A DNA stretch of 64,000 nucleotides from Candidatus Kapaibacterium sp. (GCA_963665665.1 OY762428.1:2752001-2816000), one strand, 5' to 3'. Counted from the stretch's first letter, positions 1 through 10,920 are shown. The notes: generated by a model from the letters alone, not told the origin. A program made the numbers and translations.

Positions 1-944
1 TCAATAGCGAAGACCTTATTACCGTTGTTCAAATTGATTTTATTAATTTTTTCAGAACTAATCGCCCAGATATAATCCGGATTATTATCAAATGCCAGGG
101 CATTGGATGAAAAATCCCCGTACCTGATTTGCCTTATATTCCCTGATTGGATATCGACAATATAAATTCCTTCGATCGTGCAGTAGGCCAGCGTTTTGTT
201 ATCTTCGCTGATACACCCGGCTGATTCTCCCAATTCTTTTGTATTGTTATCATCAATTCTTAATACTTCACTGCCAGTAACTGTATTAAAAATCCTGAGG
301 GTGGAATCGTAATTGTGAGTAGCAATAAGCGATGCGTCCGGGCTGAAATAACTGCCAACTACGCTTGCTGCTTCAGTATCGAATGTGATGCTGTCATTTT
401 CGCGTAAGTCTTTAATTCTAAATTTACTGTAGTTACGCACAGCAATTTTTGATCCGTCTGTTGCCATTGAAGAAATCACCCATCCGTTTTCAAATGAGCA
501 GGTTTCAATTTCCTCCGTTGTAACGCTATTATATTTTACCATTTTCATTGTATGGCGAACCCATACATTGCCATCAGTATCAAAAATAACAGGATTTTGG
601 GGATAATCTGCTGTTTGAATATTTGAGATCAATTCCCCGGATGAAGTCATTACCGATACTAAATAATTATCATCTTTGATATTTATTACAGCAATCATGC
701 TGCCGTCGTGGCTGACTGCGCAATCATAAGGGTTAAGGCTTTGTAGCGGCCATACATCATTTTGCTCGCCGGTCTCTGTATTAAAAGTTGCCATGCACTG
801 GTTCATTGTAACATAGATAACTTCGCTATTGACAGGATTCGTCCTCAAACATTTGAATCCTCCCCCAACCTGAAGTATTTGTTCAATAGAATATACATTA
901 GTAAACGCCGCCAGTAAAATTACCAGGGTAAATATGAGTCTCAT
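1..944 (-). CDS. Secreted WD40/beta-propeller protein, partial (runs off the left edge)
   Basis: Manual translation from ATG at 944: MRLIFTLVILLAAFTNVYSIEQILQ... gives a signal peptide followed by WD40-like motifs (AVSHDGSMIA, FSPDASLIAT, ISEDNKTLAY). Absent from the ORF track because its stop is outside the window. Confidence 0.7.
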   Translation of the reverse strand, partial: MRLIFTLVILLAAFTNVYSIEQILQVGGGFKCLRTNPVNSEVIYVTMNQCMATFNTETGEQNDVWPLQSLNPYDCAVSHDGSMIAVINIKDDNYLVSVMTSSGELISNIQTADYPQNPVIFDTDGNVWVRHTMKMVKYNSVTTEEIETCSFENGWVISSMATDGSKIAVRNYSKFRIKDLRENDSITFDTEAASVVGSYFSPDASLIATHNYDSTLRIFNTVTGSEVLRIDDNNTKELGESAGCISEDNKTLAYCTIEGIYIVDIQSGNIRQIRYGDFSSNALAFDNNPDYIWAISSEKINKINLNNGNKVFAI

Positions 945-974
945 TGTAGTACCAGAAAAATAGTTAATAATATC

Positions 975-3287
975 TTATTTTAAAATAACAATTGGGTCAG
1001 TTTTAACCCCATCCCTTGTTTTAAGAATACAATAATACAAACCATTGCTGATATTATCAAGATCAATTTTCACAGAATTTCCCGTAAAAGACTGAATATT
1101 ATCCAGCCTAAGAATAACTGTGCCGTTTATATCCGTTATCTGTATTTCCATAATATCATCATTTATTCCGGAAATATCAATATCAAATTTTCCGCCGGAA
1201 GGATTGGGATAAATATTTAATTGGTTATCTGATAAAATTTCTTCTTCAACAGATATTATCAATCGCAAGGTATCTGCTTCTGAAAAGCAGCCGTTTTCTC
1301 CAAGTACTTTTACGGAATAATCTCCACCACCATAAACAATAAGCGTATCGTTGTGATCATTCTCTATATACTCATCTCCCTCGTACCAATAGTTGTTCAC
1401 CGGGGAGGAGGATATTAAGGCGAGAATTGTTTCAGCTCTTGTAATGGTTGGCTTTTCCGGCTGGGGTAAAACATTTACCACAATTGTATCCCGGCTTGTT
1501 TTACTAATTGATGGTATAAATTGCCGTAGTTCGATTCTTGCTTCTCCTTCATTTTCCCATTTCACCTCTACAACATCCTGGGTTGTATATCCGACAATAG
1601 AACAATTTTCAAGGGCTGTCCAATGGATATCTCTCCTTTCGTCTACAGCCTGGTAACTATCCGTAGCTCCTTCGCAAACTTCTTCCGGCCCGGTATAACT
1701 AATTTTAGTATCCAAAACCTTGTAGGTACCTGTTACCACATTGGTTGTAAATATCGATGTTTTGTAAGAAAATTTTACCAAATATCTTCCAGGCTCGGCA
1801 TTTTCATCAACTGTAAAATTAAAAGTCCCGTAGCCATAGTTATCTGTAATAACCGAATACTCAACCCCGGAAAGAGTATCATGGCAATTTATTGAAACTC
1901 CCATGGCCGGTCCTTGAAAAGTTTGAGCCCTGAAACGAAAATCTGCTGTTTCTCCCGGAAAATATTCCCGTTGGCTATTATCAATAGATAGGGAAATATT
2001 ATCCTCCCCGGAATTTTTTGCGATATTATCCAGAACAAGGAGCAATATACTTTCGGTATTTCCAATGTGCCTGAAATCCACAGCCACGTATATAACATTA
2101 TAATATAAAGTATTGTGCAAAACTGCTCCACAACTGTCGTTGCCAATGGAATTCTCATACATCATAAGATAGGTACAAAGCCCCTCTACATTCTGCTGTA
2201 CCGATAACAACCCGCAATATGGCTTCGGGTCGTTCTGAAAAGTGGTAATTTTTACAGGAGTTTGAATATAACCGTGCGTTTCAATAAGTTTGTTGCCATT
2301 ATTGCTAATATCTTTCCCCAATGGATTACCAGGTTCAACATTTTCTACAGCAAGAACTTTATTCAGGAATGTATTGTCGTAATCTGTTCCGCTGCTTCCA
2401 TGGTATCGGGCTGCTTCCTGGCTGAATATTGCAATCGAAGATTTGTTGTTATAATTGCCGTTCATGGCATATTTAATAATATTTTGTCTTTCTGTTTCTG
2501 CAATTGCTTTATCGTCGCCGTCAACCCAGAATAAAGTGTTGTATTGGGTATAATCTGCACTTTGCGGTTCCCAGGAATTCCTGTCGAAGTAGTCAAATAA
2601 TTTTCCAGGCTGTTGAAGCTGGTTCTCCAGGTTGGTACATACTGTATGGAGGGAGTCAAAATTTAATCTGCCGGCAATAATATCCCTATCGCTATTTAAA
2701 TCAATATCCTGCCAGGTGTTTTCCGCAGATAAAAGCGCAATACCTTTCTTCAGATACAACCTGAATACAATCTCTCCCGAATTGTTTGTAGTATCTTCGT
2801 CGGCTTCCAGTTCAACAACGGCCTTGTAGCGCGGAGTAACGTTGTTTGCCATATATTTAAACATATCCGGTATAATATAATCTGATCCCTGTGCGTTATA
2901 GTCATTGTATGACATCGGCTGAAAATCCAATTCTCCAGGGTCGATGTTTATTTCTACCGAGTCTGTTTCAGGTGGTAGAGAAGCACCGAAATATTTTTCT
3001 GCAAGCAAAATAGAAAAATCTCCGTTTTCATCTTCTGCGAAAATTTTTATCCGGCCTACATCACTTTTGCATACCACTAATGTGCCGTTATTGTTTAGCA
3101 GTAAATCGAAATGTACTTCTCCCGGGTTCATAATATACAAGGCATCGGAAAATACTCCTTCATCTGCCTGATAGCCTGAAGGAGATGCAAAAGATGAAAA
3201 TTCAAGGTCAAATACCAACTGTGCCTGAAGATTGATCGAAGTAAAAAGCGTAAATACAGCTATTAATAAGAGTAGGGCCTTTTTCAT
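975..3287 (-). CDS. Secreted protein with T9SS type A C-terminal sorting domain
   Basis: 770 aa; signal peptide; Ig-like segments; C-terminal LNIYPNPS...GLYYCIL...VILK. Confidence 0.8.
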   Translation of the reverse strand: MKKALLLLIAVFTLFTSINLQAQLVFDLEFSSFASPSGYQADEGVFSDALYIMNPGEVHFDLLLNNNGTLVVCKSDVGRIKIFAEDENGDFSILLAEKYFGASLPPETDSVEINIDPGELDFQPMSYNDYNAQGSDYIIPDMFKYMANNVTPRYKAVVELEADEDTTNNSGEIVFRLYLKKGIALLSAENTWQDIDLNSDRDIIAGRLNFDSLHTVCTNLENQLQQPGKLFDYFDRNSWEPQSADYTQYNTLFWVDGDDKAIAETERQNIIKYAMNGNYNNKSSIAIFSQEAARYHGSSGTDYDNTFLNKVLAVENVEPGNPLGKDISNNGNKLIETHGYIQTPVKITTFQNDPKPYCGLLSVQQNVEGLCTYLMMYENSIGNDSCGAVLHNTLYYNVIYVAVDFRHIGNTESILLLVLDNIAKNSGEDNISLSIDNSQREYFPGETADFRFRAQTFQGPAMGVSINCHDTLSGVEYSVITDNYGYGTFNFTVDENAEPGRYLVKFSYKTSIFTTNVVTGTYKVLDTKISYTGPEEVCEGATDSYQAVDERRDIHWTALENCSIVGYTTQDVVEVKWENEGEARIELRQFIPSISKTSRDTIVVNVLPQPEKPTITRAETILALISSSPVNNYWYEGDEYIENDHNDTLIVYGGGDYSVKVLGENGCFSEADTLRLIISVEEEILSDNQLNIYPNPSGGKFDIDISGINDDIMEIQITDINGTVILRLDNIQSFTGNSVKIDLDNISNGLYYCILKTRDGVKTDPIVILK

Positions 3288-3516
3288 AATATCTCCATTT
3301 TATATTATTTGTTCCCTGATTAACAAAAAAATCGGGAATAAGTTACGGAGATTATATTCTATACTCATTATTTTTTATAAGATACTGATAATCTGTAATT
3401 ACAAAGCTTTCGATTACGAGACCCAAAAATCAACAAGAAACTTGTAATTTTCAGGCAAGAGGAATAAATATCAGCTAATAGCAGAACACCTTGTGGGTTT
3501 TAATATCGCTCAGTTT

Positions 3517-3696
3517 TTAGGTCATATATATCTCTGGTTGGTTTTTCAGGTAGGTGAGGTTTACAATTTCTCCCTGTTCTTCGCGCAGCAGCTCATTCAG
3601 AAAGTCCATCAGCAGGTCTTTGTTTGGTTCCTATCCGAATATTCTTTTAAAACCAAAATCTGTAAACGAATTTATATATTTTTCTTCATTATCCAT
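3517..3696 (-). pseudogene. Truncated Rpn / PD-(D/E)XK nuclease family (PDDEXK_2) remnant
   Basis: MDNEEKYINSFTDFGFKRIFG*EPNKDLLMDFLNELLREEQGEIVNLTYLKN matches the typical Rpn N-terminus; in-frame TAG at 3631-3633; ends after 60 codons. Confidence 0.75.
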
Positions 3697-3812
3697 TTTT
3701 TTCTCTCCCGGAACCGGAAAACACAAAACTAAATACAATAAAGTACACGTTTAACTTACAGTTTTAGCACAAGATAAACAAATCGGGGATAATCTGAATT
3801 TATTAACTCTAA

Positions 3813-6800
3813 CTATTTCACAATAATCATCCTTCTGACGAGTGTATGGGAAGCTGTCTGCAAAATACAGAAGTAAATGCCTGAAGCAAGGTTGCCGGTA
3901 TCAATTTCCTCGCTGTAGGGGCCTTTTTTCATATATTCTGATTTTATATCCAATACCCTGCCGCCGGAAGCATCGGTTAGATATACTTCGGTTTGGCCGT
4001 CTTCGATAAGGGAATAGTTGATTGTAGCTTTTTCCTTAACAGGCGAGGGAGATATTTCGCCCAGGTCAATAATTCCGTTTGGATCGAACAAGCGGGGCGA
4101 ACCTCCGGCACGGCACAGATTCTCGTAGCATACATATCCGTGCCTGTAATTTATATTGATTCTCTCGGCATCTTTCCATACCAGTGAATCAATATGGACT
4201 TCCGTGCATTCATCTGTTCCCAGTGTAGCCAGGAACTTCAGGGAATGAAGAGTTCCCGTTTCCCCGGTTCTTGTGCCGCTGAGTTTAATAACCTCAGTAT
4301 ATCCGTCGTTGAATATAGTCTCAGGGCTGCCGAAAGGCATTAGCATGGTGGAATTGTACCTGAGATAAATATCATATTCATAAGCGCCGATCAAATCAAG
4401 GTTAAATGATGATTCAATTGATATATCAAGTTCCACGTCCTGTCCGGGATGTGAGAAAACAGTATCAGGCAGTGCAAGGGTCATTCCCGCTACGCCTTTC
4501 CAGAAATAAACAGTATCGGATTCCGCCTCGCAGCCGAATTCATTAGTTACCCTGACTGAATAATATCCGCTTTCATCGGGAACATATTTTTTCTGATTTG
4601 CGCCGGGGATGTCCACTTCATCCAATATCCACTGGTATGAGAAAGCATCTGTGCAGTAGAGACTGTCTTCCTGCCTTGTTATCAGGGGTTTATCCGGAAG
4701 GGGGTGTACCGTTACCCTGACCGGATCGGAGTCAGCCACGCAGCCGGAGCTGTTTGTAACTTTCACCGAATAATCTCCGCTTTTATCAACGCTGATTGTC
4801 CTGCTTGTTTCGCCGCCGGTCCATTCATAACTGTCATATCCGGCCCCGGCGTCAAGTGTAACGCTTTCACCATCGCAAAATTCCGTATCGCCCAGGGCCT
4901 GAATAATCGGTTCCGGGGTTGGGTTGATAGTTACATCATATTCAGTACTTGCCATGCAGCCCGTTATATCATTTGTTTCGGTAAGGAGAATCTTCGCGTT
5001 ATTCGCGGCGGGCCAGTCGATTGTAACCTGGTTTGTTCCATGTCCGGAAGTTATATCACCGTTAACAACCGTCCATGAATATGAATGCCCGCTGACTTCA
5101 GGTGTTGAATAAATTTCATTCATTGCCGGGGCACATAAATTATTTTCGCCACTTATCGTTGGGGCAGGATTCGGGAAAACCGATACGAGAACGGTATCAA
5201 CCCCCTCGCAGCCGGAATTGTCCCTAACCAATACATCATATTCGCCGGATGTTTTTACCCATATTTTTTGCGTGTTAGCGCCTGTATTCCATTTATAATA
5301 TGCATAGCCGGGACCGGCATCAAGTTCTATGCTGTCGCCCTCGCAAATATCGAAATCACCGATATCCGACATAATTTCAGGCATTAGTTTATCGCTAATG
5401 GTAACAATCAGCGTGTCGTAGCCTGTACAACCCGTTATCTGGTTTGTTTCTGAAACCATTACTTTACCGGTTCCGCTGGCACCCCAGTCAACAGTAACAT
5501 TCAAACTGTCAACTCCATAATCAAGCACGCCGCCTTCAACTGACCAGATATTAATATTTTCAGCCTCGGTATTTATCCAGTAAAAAATTCCTTCGGATTC
5601 CGCACAGACAACTTCAGGGCCATGTATTTTTGTCTGTGGATTGGGATTTTCAATAACGCTGACCGTGTCATAGCCAAAGCATCCGTTTTGTCCCTGCACT
5701 TCAATTATATATATGCCCGGAACTTTAATTGTCCTGGGAATATCAGTTACTCCGTCACTCCATTTCATAGAAATAAAATCGCCTTCAACAGTCAGCTCAG
5801 TGCTGTCTTCTTCGCAAAACTCAAGGTCTCCGGTTATTTCCGGCACGGGCAAGGGTAATGTTTCTACGAAAACCCTGTTGGATTCGCCCATACATCCACC
5901 TGTATCAACCACGGTGCAATAATATTCGCCTCCGTCTTTCACATAAATCTTCTGGCCAACCTGGCCGTCGGACCAGTAATAATTCCTATGCCCGTCTTCG
6001 GCAAACAATGCAACACTGTCCCCCGGACAGAAGGGCATATCTCCGAGAATAGTTATAATTGGTTTGGGTTCGTTCCTGCAAATTTTCATAATAAAAGCAT
6101 CTATAGCTCCTGCCAGAGTTTCCTGGTAGGCTCTGTAAACCGGGAATTCCTCGCTTGAAGTAGCGCCTACAATCATGGGATTCATCCTGATATCTGTTGT
6201 GATACCAAACCCCCAGTCGTTTGAAGTACCGCCAATATATGTACTCCAAAGCAATTCCATACCGTTTTTATCAAATTTAAAAGCCATGGCATCGCTTACT
6301 TCCGGAGGGCCGCTATATTCTTTTTGAATGGCCATGGCGCTGGTTTCAAGGTCGGGACTCATAGTCTCGCCTGTAACGGTAATATTACCAACAGCATCAA
6401 CCACCAGGGCATTGGCAATATCGTCCCTTGTGCCGCCGAAATAAGTTGACCATTCCAGCTTGCCAAGAGTATTTACTTTCGACACAAAAGCATCCATGCG
6501 CCCTGCATTCTGCCCCTGGTAGGCAGCGCCAAACACCGGGAAGTTGCGGCTGTCTGTTCTTCCGCATATAACAACTTTACCATCTTCAGCAGGGCTTATT
6601 GCATAGCATTCTTCACGATCCAGCCCGCCAAAAATATGAACATAATCTGTTGAACCTGTTTGCCACTGTACATCAAATTTAGCAACAAAGACTTCAGCAT
6701 CTTCAACAGTTTGTCTGTCGCTCGCGTCAACATTTTCAAGCGGGAAATTCAAACTTTCGGTATATCCGGTTGCTACAAGTTTACCGTCACTGTCATAAGT

Positions 6801-8192
6801 AATTCCCCTTCCGGCATCCGTACCGCTGCCTCCAATAAAAGTACCCCAAAGCGGAACGCAGTCATAAGTCATGGTAAATACCACGGCATCTTCAAGGCCG
6901 GCATGGTTTTTAGTATTTGAGGGAAGATGGAAATTATCGCTCGCAGACCAGCCGGTAATGGCTATTTCCTGCTCGCCGTTGGTGGTTACGGAATACAAGT
7001 GGTCGTTTTCATACCCGCCGTAATATGTACACCATACAAGTGTGCCATCTTCATAAAATCTGGAAATAAAGCCGTCAGTACCGCCGGGGAATGGCCCGAG
7101 GTGCGACCTTTGCCAGGCTGTCTGTGTTGTGGGGAAACTGCTTACACTCCAGGTAATCCCAACCATGAAAGTTCTTCCGAACTGATCTACTGCAATATCG
7201 CGGGCATAATCGGTTTCTTCGCCGCCGAAGTATGTAGCCCACAATACATCGCCGACATTATTCATTTTCATAAGCCAGGCGTCATAGAAACCCCGGCGTA
7301 TTTCCTGTTCGGCATCCTTCACGGGAAGGTCATTGCTTAGCGTATATCCTGCTATAATAAAATCGGCGTTTGGGTCTCGCTCAATATCAATAGCGTGGTC
7401 ACCGTTTGTTTCACCACCGTAAAATGTTGACCAGATAATATTGGGGTCTATCACCAGGGTCTGGTTTTTATCATATTCAGGCAGGTTAAAATTCATGTTA
7501 TTGTCAGATAAATTGTACGTGCACGGGACTTCTTTCAGTATCCTGTCCTTTTTACCTTTAATAAAAGCAAAGGGCTTTTGTTCCCTTATTGAACCGATTT
7601 CCGAATCAATAGTAATTTCATTGGATTCAAGAAGTAATTTACCGTTTGTTTCGTATTCGAATTCAACATCATCAGCATCTGCGCCGGGGTGGAGTATAAG
7701 GTCGTATTTCAGGCTGTTGTTTATCTTTCCCGGATATATTTGCATATCAATATCATCGTAAATATTTTTAAGCACGAGTTTCTTATAGGCCGGAACATTT
7801 GTGATACCATCGCGGCAATGCGGGTAATAGAAGTTAAACCTTGTTGTGATCGGCTCCTCCGGCGTGAAATCAGCGTCGCCTTCGGAGTTGAACCATACAT
7901 AGCTGTTTCTGATCTCAACTTCGGGGCTGTCTCCCGGATTTCTGATTTTCTTAAAGCTATACTTCAGGCCCTCTTTTGATATAAAGATGGAAAGCTCTTC
8001 GCCCCTTATATAATAATCCGGAGTAAAGCCTTTCTCATCGGGGAGTATCTGCCCCCGGTTCTCAATGAATATTGTTTTCAGGGCTTTCGTGGGATTGGTA
8101 TCAAAATCGCAATTGCTGTTTCCGGCTGCTATAGCCGAGAGCGCCGGAATTAATATCAGCGCCAGGTATATATTTTTGTAAAAGTCTTTCAT
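3813..8192 (-). CDS. Large secreted SBBP (beta-propeller repeat) protein with Ig-like repeats and T9SS CTD
   Basis: FIENRGQ N-terminal domain; repeated WSTYFGG...D.A..I..D motifs; C-x-G-D-S-V-x-L Ig repeats; C-terminal ASGIYFCIL...IVK. Confidence 0.85.
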   Translation of the reverse strand: MKDFYKNIYLALILIPALSAIAAGNSNCDFDTNPTKALKTIFIENRGQILPDEKGFTPDYYIRGEELSIFISKEGLKYSFKKIRNPGDSPEVEIRNSYVWFNSEGDADFTPEEPITTRFNFYYPHCRDGITNVPAYKKLVLKNIYDDIDMQIYPGKINNSLKYDLILHPGADADDVEFEYETNGKLLLESNEITIDSEIGSIREQKPFAFIKGKKDRILKEVPCTYNLSDNNMNFNLPEYDKNQTLVIDPNIIWSTFYGGETNGDHAIDIERDPNADFIIAGYTLSNDLPVKDAEQEIRRGFYDAWLMKMNNVGDVLWATYFGGEETDYARDIAVDQFGRTFMVGITWSVSSFPTTQTAWQRSHLGPFPGGTDGFISRFYEDGTLVWCTYYGGYENDHLYSVTTNGEQEIAITGWSASDNFHLPSNTKNHAGLEDAVVFTMTYDCVPLWGTFIGGSGTDAGRGITYDSDGKLVATGYTESLNFPLENVDASDRQTVEDAEVFVAKFDVQWQTGSTDYVHIFGGLDREECYAISPAEDGKVVICGRTDSRNFPVFGAAYQGQNAGRMDAFVSKVNTLGKLEWSTYFGGTRDDIANALVVDAVGNITVTGETMSPDLETSAMAIQKEYSGPPEVSDAMAFKFDKNGMELLWSTYIGGTSNDWGFGITTDIRMNPMIVGATSSEEFPVYRAYQETLAGAIDAFIMKICRNEPKPIITILGDMPFCPGDSVALFAEDGHRNYYWSDGQVGQKIYVKDGGEYYCTVVDTGGCMGESNRVFVETLPLPVPEITGDLEFCEEDSTELTVEGDFISMKWSDGVTDIPRTIKVPGIYIIEVQGQNGCFGYDTVSVIENPNPQTKIHGPEVVCAESEGIFYWINTEAENINIWSVEGGVLDYGVDSLNVTVDWGASGTGKVMVSETNQITGCTGYDTLIVTISDKLMPEIMSDIGDFDICEGDSIELDAGPGYAYYKWNTGANTQKIWVKTSGEYDVLVRDNSGCEGVDTVLVSVFPNPAPTISGENNLCAPAMNEIYSTPEVSGHSYSWTVVNGDITSGHGTNQVTIDWPAANNAKILLTETNDITGCMASTEYDVTINPTPEPIIQALGDTEFCDGESVTLDAGAGYDSYEWTGGETSRTISVDKSGDYSVKVTNSSGCVADSDPVRVTVHPLPDKPLITRQEDSLYCTDAFSYQWILDEVDIPGANQKKYVPDESGYYSVRVTNEFGCEAESDTVYFWKGVAGMTLALPDTVFSHPGQDVELDISIESSFNLDLIGAYEYDIYLRYNSTMLMPFGSPETIFNDGYTEVIKLSGTRTGETGTLHSLKFLATLGTDECTEVHIDSLVWKDAERININYRHGYVCYENLCRAGGSPRLFDPNGIIDLGEISPSPVKEKATINYSLIEDGQTEVYLTDASGGRVLDIKSEYMKKGPYSEEIDTGNLASGIYFCILQTASHTLVRRMIIVK

Positions 8193-8619
8193 GATTTTGC
8201 CTCTTCAGTTTAACATGCCCCGCTTTATGCCTGCTACTACTTTAATAACAGTAGAATAGCTAACTTGTAACAAATAATTTCAATTATTTATAAAATAAGC
8301 AAAAAACGTGCCTTTATGGGAAGGGGATTTTGTATTGAAAAATCATCCGATGAATGGCGGTAATTGGATGAATATTGATTGCTGCAGAAATCCGGAACCA
8401 GGTAATTTCAAGGCCGCATCATTTTATTCCAATTCTGTCTTCGGCTCTGGAATGTCCCCGCCAGCGGTGGCAGTTGATACTGATAATAATAATTCTTATA
8501 TCACTGTGATATCTGATAACTTGTTCATAGGCGGATAAACCCAATAGGGAAAAAATATCTCTATTAATAGCAAAAACGGCCGGATAAACCGATAATTTTA
8601 AAGATTTTTTGTATATTGG

Positions 8620-8643
8620 TTTTATATAAATGTTGTAGGGCAT
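8620..8643 (+). other. Putative attI-like entry site of the cassette array (core GTTGTAGGGC at 8632-8641)
   Basis: The core is the exact reverse complement of GCCCTACAAC (9325-9334) at the end of cassette 1, and no attC-like stem precedes it. Confidence 0.55.
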
Positions 8644-8661
8644 AAAAGACAGACTGCAAAT

Positions 8662-9312
8662 ATGAAACATAAGTTGATTGATAAAAAATATAACACACCA
8701 CTTGGAATTGTAAATTGCGGATTATTAGGTGATAAGACCGTGATTGAATGTATTGAAAATAAGACTTATGAAAATGGACAGTCGGAGATTTATAAAACAA
8801 ATAGTTTTCAAATTGAACTGATTGAATTTAAAATTCGTATTCCTTTATACAATGGTGATGTCTTGACTGATTCGCAAGGTTGGATTTGGCGGATAATAAA
8901 GCAACAAGATGATTTGGAATCAATTCAACTTAATTGCAATCTTATAGACTTTGATTCAAACACCGATTTTGACACAGCGACAGGTGAACATTTGGACGCA
9001 ATTGAAGCAAGTAATAATGACTGGATTTTACATATTGGAACTGAGGACGGAGAAGTAATGAATTGGAGAGCAAAAGAAAATGATTGGTTTCCCGAGCGCC
9101 TTCAAGACAAAGTGAATTTTTATCAATCGATTACTAAAATGGAAAAGAACGGATTTAAAACAAAAATCCCTGATTTGAAATTAAATGAAAGACTTCATAT
9201 TCAGTATATTTGTGCGTATGATAAACGGTCTGACGATAGGAATAAAGTGAATACATGGCTTGCGGTTGATGAATTTAAAAGAAAACTCGAAAATTGGATA
9301 GGAGTTTGGTAA
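8662..9312 (+). CDS. Hypothetical protein (gene cassette 1)
   Basis: 216-aa AT-rich ORF tightly bounded by recombination-like sites. Confidence 0.75.
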   Translation: MKHKLIDKKYNTPLGIVNCGLLGDKTVIECIENKTYENGQSEIYKTNSFQIELIEFKIRIPLYNGDVLTDSQGWIWRIIKQQDDLESIQLNCNLIDFDSNTDFDTATGEHLDAIEASNNDWILHIGTEDGEVMNWRAKENDWFPERLQDKVNFYQSITKMEKNGFKTKIPDLKLNERLHIQYICAYDKRSDDRNKVNTWLAVDEFKRKLENWIGVW

Positions 9313-9324
9313 TGAATAAATTAC

Positions 9325-9464
9325 GCCCTACAACACGCAATATAGCAAATGGTTAAAGCGCTAGTAGAATAAAGTTTTTTTGTCCGCTTCAGGTATTTTC
9401 CTCGGGGGATAAAAACGCAGTCCGCTGACCACCACTTGCCATATTGCAGAAACGTTAGCGGCAA
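9325..9464 (+). repeat. attC-like palindromic site 1
   Basis: GCCCTACAAC-AC-GCAATATAGCAAATGGT...ACCACTTGCCATATTGC-AGAAAC-GTTAGCGGCAA; imperfect stem-loop homologous to sites 2-4. Confidence 0.8.
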
Positions 9465-9485
9465 ATTAATGACACCGAATCAGAT

Positions 9486-10043
9486 ATGAAGAAACGTATA
9501 GAAAAACATATAAAAAATCATGACTTTGTAAAAGTCTACCTTGCTGATAAAGACGATTTATCAATGACTCATTTTGAGGGTTTCATATTTGAGCAATCTG
9601 ATAAATTCATATTAATGAGCGACACAACAGATTTCAATTATGATGGGATATCAGTACTACGAAAATCAGATATCTCAGAGATTAAGCATAAAGAGAATGA
9701 GAGATTCTTTAAAAAGATTCTAGACGGTGAAAATATTACTGAACTGATTATTACAAAACGAGATGCGCTAAACTTTTCTCTAGGTACATTTAAAGAGATG
9801 TTTGAGCAATTACAAAGTTCAGGACTGTCAATTATAATTGAATGTAGATACAGCAAGGATGACAGATTTCTTATTGGTCCGATCGTAAAGACAGAAAAAA
9901 AAAGAGTAAGATTAAAATACTTTAATGCTAATGGAGAGTTTGATCTGAAACCTACATCCGCGAAATACAAAGAGATTACTTTTTTCAAGATTGATTCACC
10001 ATATGCAAATATCTTTTATAAATATGCGAAGGATGTTGAATAA
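9486..10043 (+). CDS. Hypothetical protein (gene cassette 2)
   Basis: 185-aa ORF between attC-like sites; appears to contain two similar beta-rich halves. Confidence 0.75.
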   Translation: MKKRIEKHIKNHDFVKVYLADKDDLSMTHFEGFIFEQSDKFILMSDTTDFNYDGISVLRKSDISEIKHKENERFFKKILDGENITELIITKRDALNFSLGTFKEMFEQLQSSGLSIIIECRYSKDDRFLIGPIVKTEKKRVRLKYFNANGEFDLKPTSAKYKEITFFKIDSPYANIFYKYAKDVE

Positions 10044-10046
10044 TCT

Positions 10047-10183
10047 ACAGCTAACACGTGGTATAGCAAATAAGGGTTCCAGTGGTTTGCGAGCCTTTGT
10101 AGCCCGCTTCAAAGTCACTAACGGGTGATACGAACGCAGCCCGCAATCCCTTACTAGCCATACCACGGGAACGTTAGCGGCAA
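10047..10183 (+). repeat. attC-like palindromic site 2
   Basis: ACAGCTAAC-A-CGTGGTATAGCAAATAAGGG...CCCTTACTAGCCATACCACG-GGAAC-GTTAGCGGCAA. Confidence 0.85.
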
Positions 10184-10242
10184 CCAAAAAAGACCAGCGT
10201 ACTACTATAAAAACAGTTGATTAATATCTAAGACCAACGAAA

Positions 10243-10914
10243 ATGACTATTGACGAGATAAAACAGACATTTCAAGAAGGAAACGATAAAGATAAATTGA
10301 AAGCATTAAAATTTGCTTCGAGGATTGGTTTTAAGGAACCTGAAAGCGTTGAGCCAATATTGACAGAATTGACTGGATTTTTAAAATCGGATAATGAAGA
10401 TTTAGTTGAATATGCGTGTTGGACTGCTGGACAAGTCGGAATTAATCGACCTGATTTTTATGAAAATTCGATTACAGAAATTGTAAAACAACTTGATAGC
10501 AAAAATGAGAAAATCAGATCAAACGCATTATTTGCATTAGGTCGTATTGGGCGTTCGGATTTCTCATTGATTAGTGATTACCTGGACTTGATTATTAGCT
10601 TTTCAAATGATGAATCGCCAATTGTTAGATTAGGAATGATTTGGGCTTGTGAAAATATTGGAACAAATAATCCAAAAGTTTTTATCGAACATTTATCAAT
10701 ATTTGACAAATTATTGGACGACCCAAACACTGAGAAAGTGAGAGGAGAAGCTCCAGAAATGTTCAGAGTATTAGGGAAAAGAATTCCCGAAGTGATTGAA
10801 AAATACATCCCCAGACTGAAAGAGAAAACAAATGATGATTGCAGAACGACACGGATTCATTCGGAAGGAGCAATAAGGATAACTTTAAAATCATTGGAAA
10901 AATTGAAAAATTAA
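10243..10914 (+). CDS. HEAT/ARM repeat protein (gene cassette 3)
   Basis: Repeated L-D-S-x-N-x-x-[IV]-R-x-x-A-x-x-A-L-G type motifs. Confidence 0.8.
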   Translation: MTIDEIKQTFQEGNDKDKLKALKFASRIGFKEPESVEPILTELTGFLKSDNEDLVEYACWTAGQVGINRPDFYENSITEIVKQLDSKNEKIRSNALFALGRIGRSDFSLISDYLDLIISFSNDESPIVRLGMIWACENIGTNNPKVFIEHLSIFDKLLDDPNTEKVRGEAPEMFRVLGKRIPEVIEKYIPRLKEKTNDDCRTTRIHSEGAIRITLKSLEKLKN

Positions 10915-10920
10915 ATGGCA

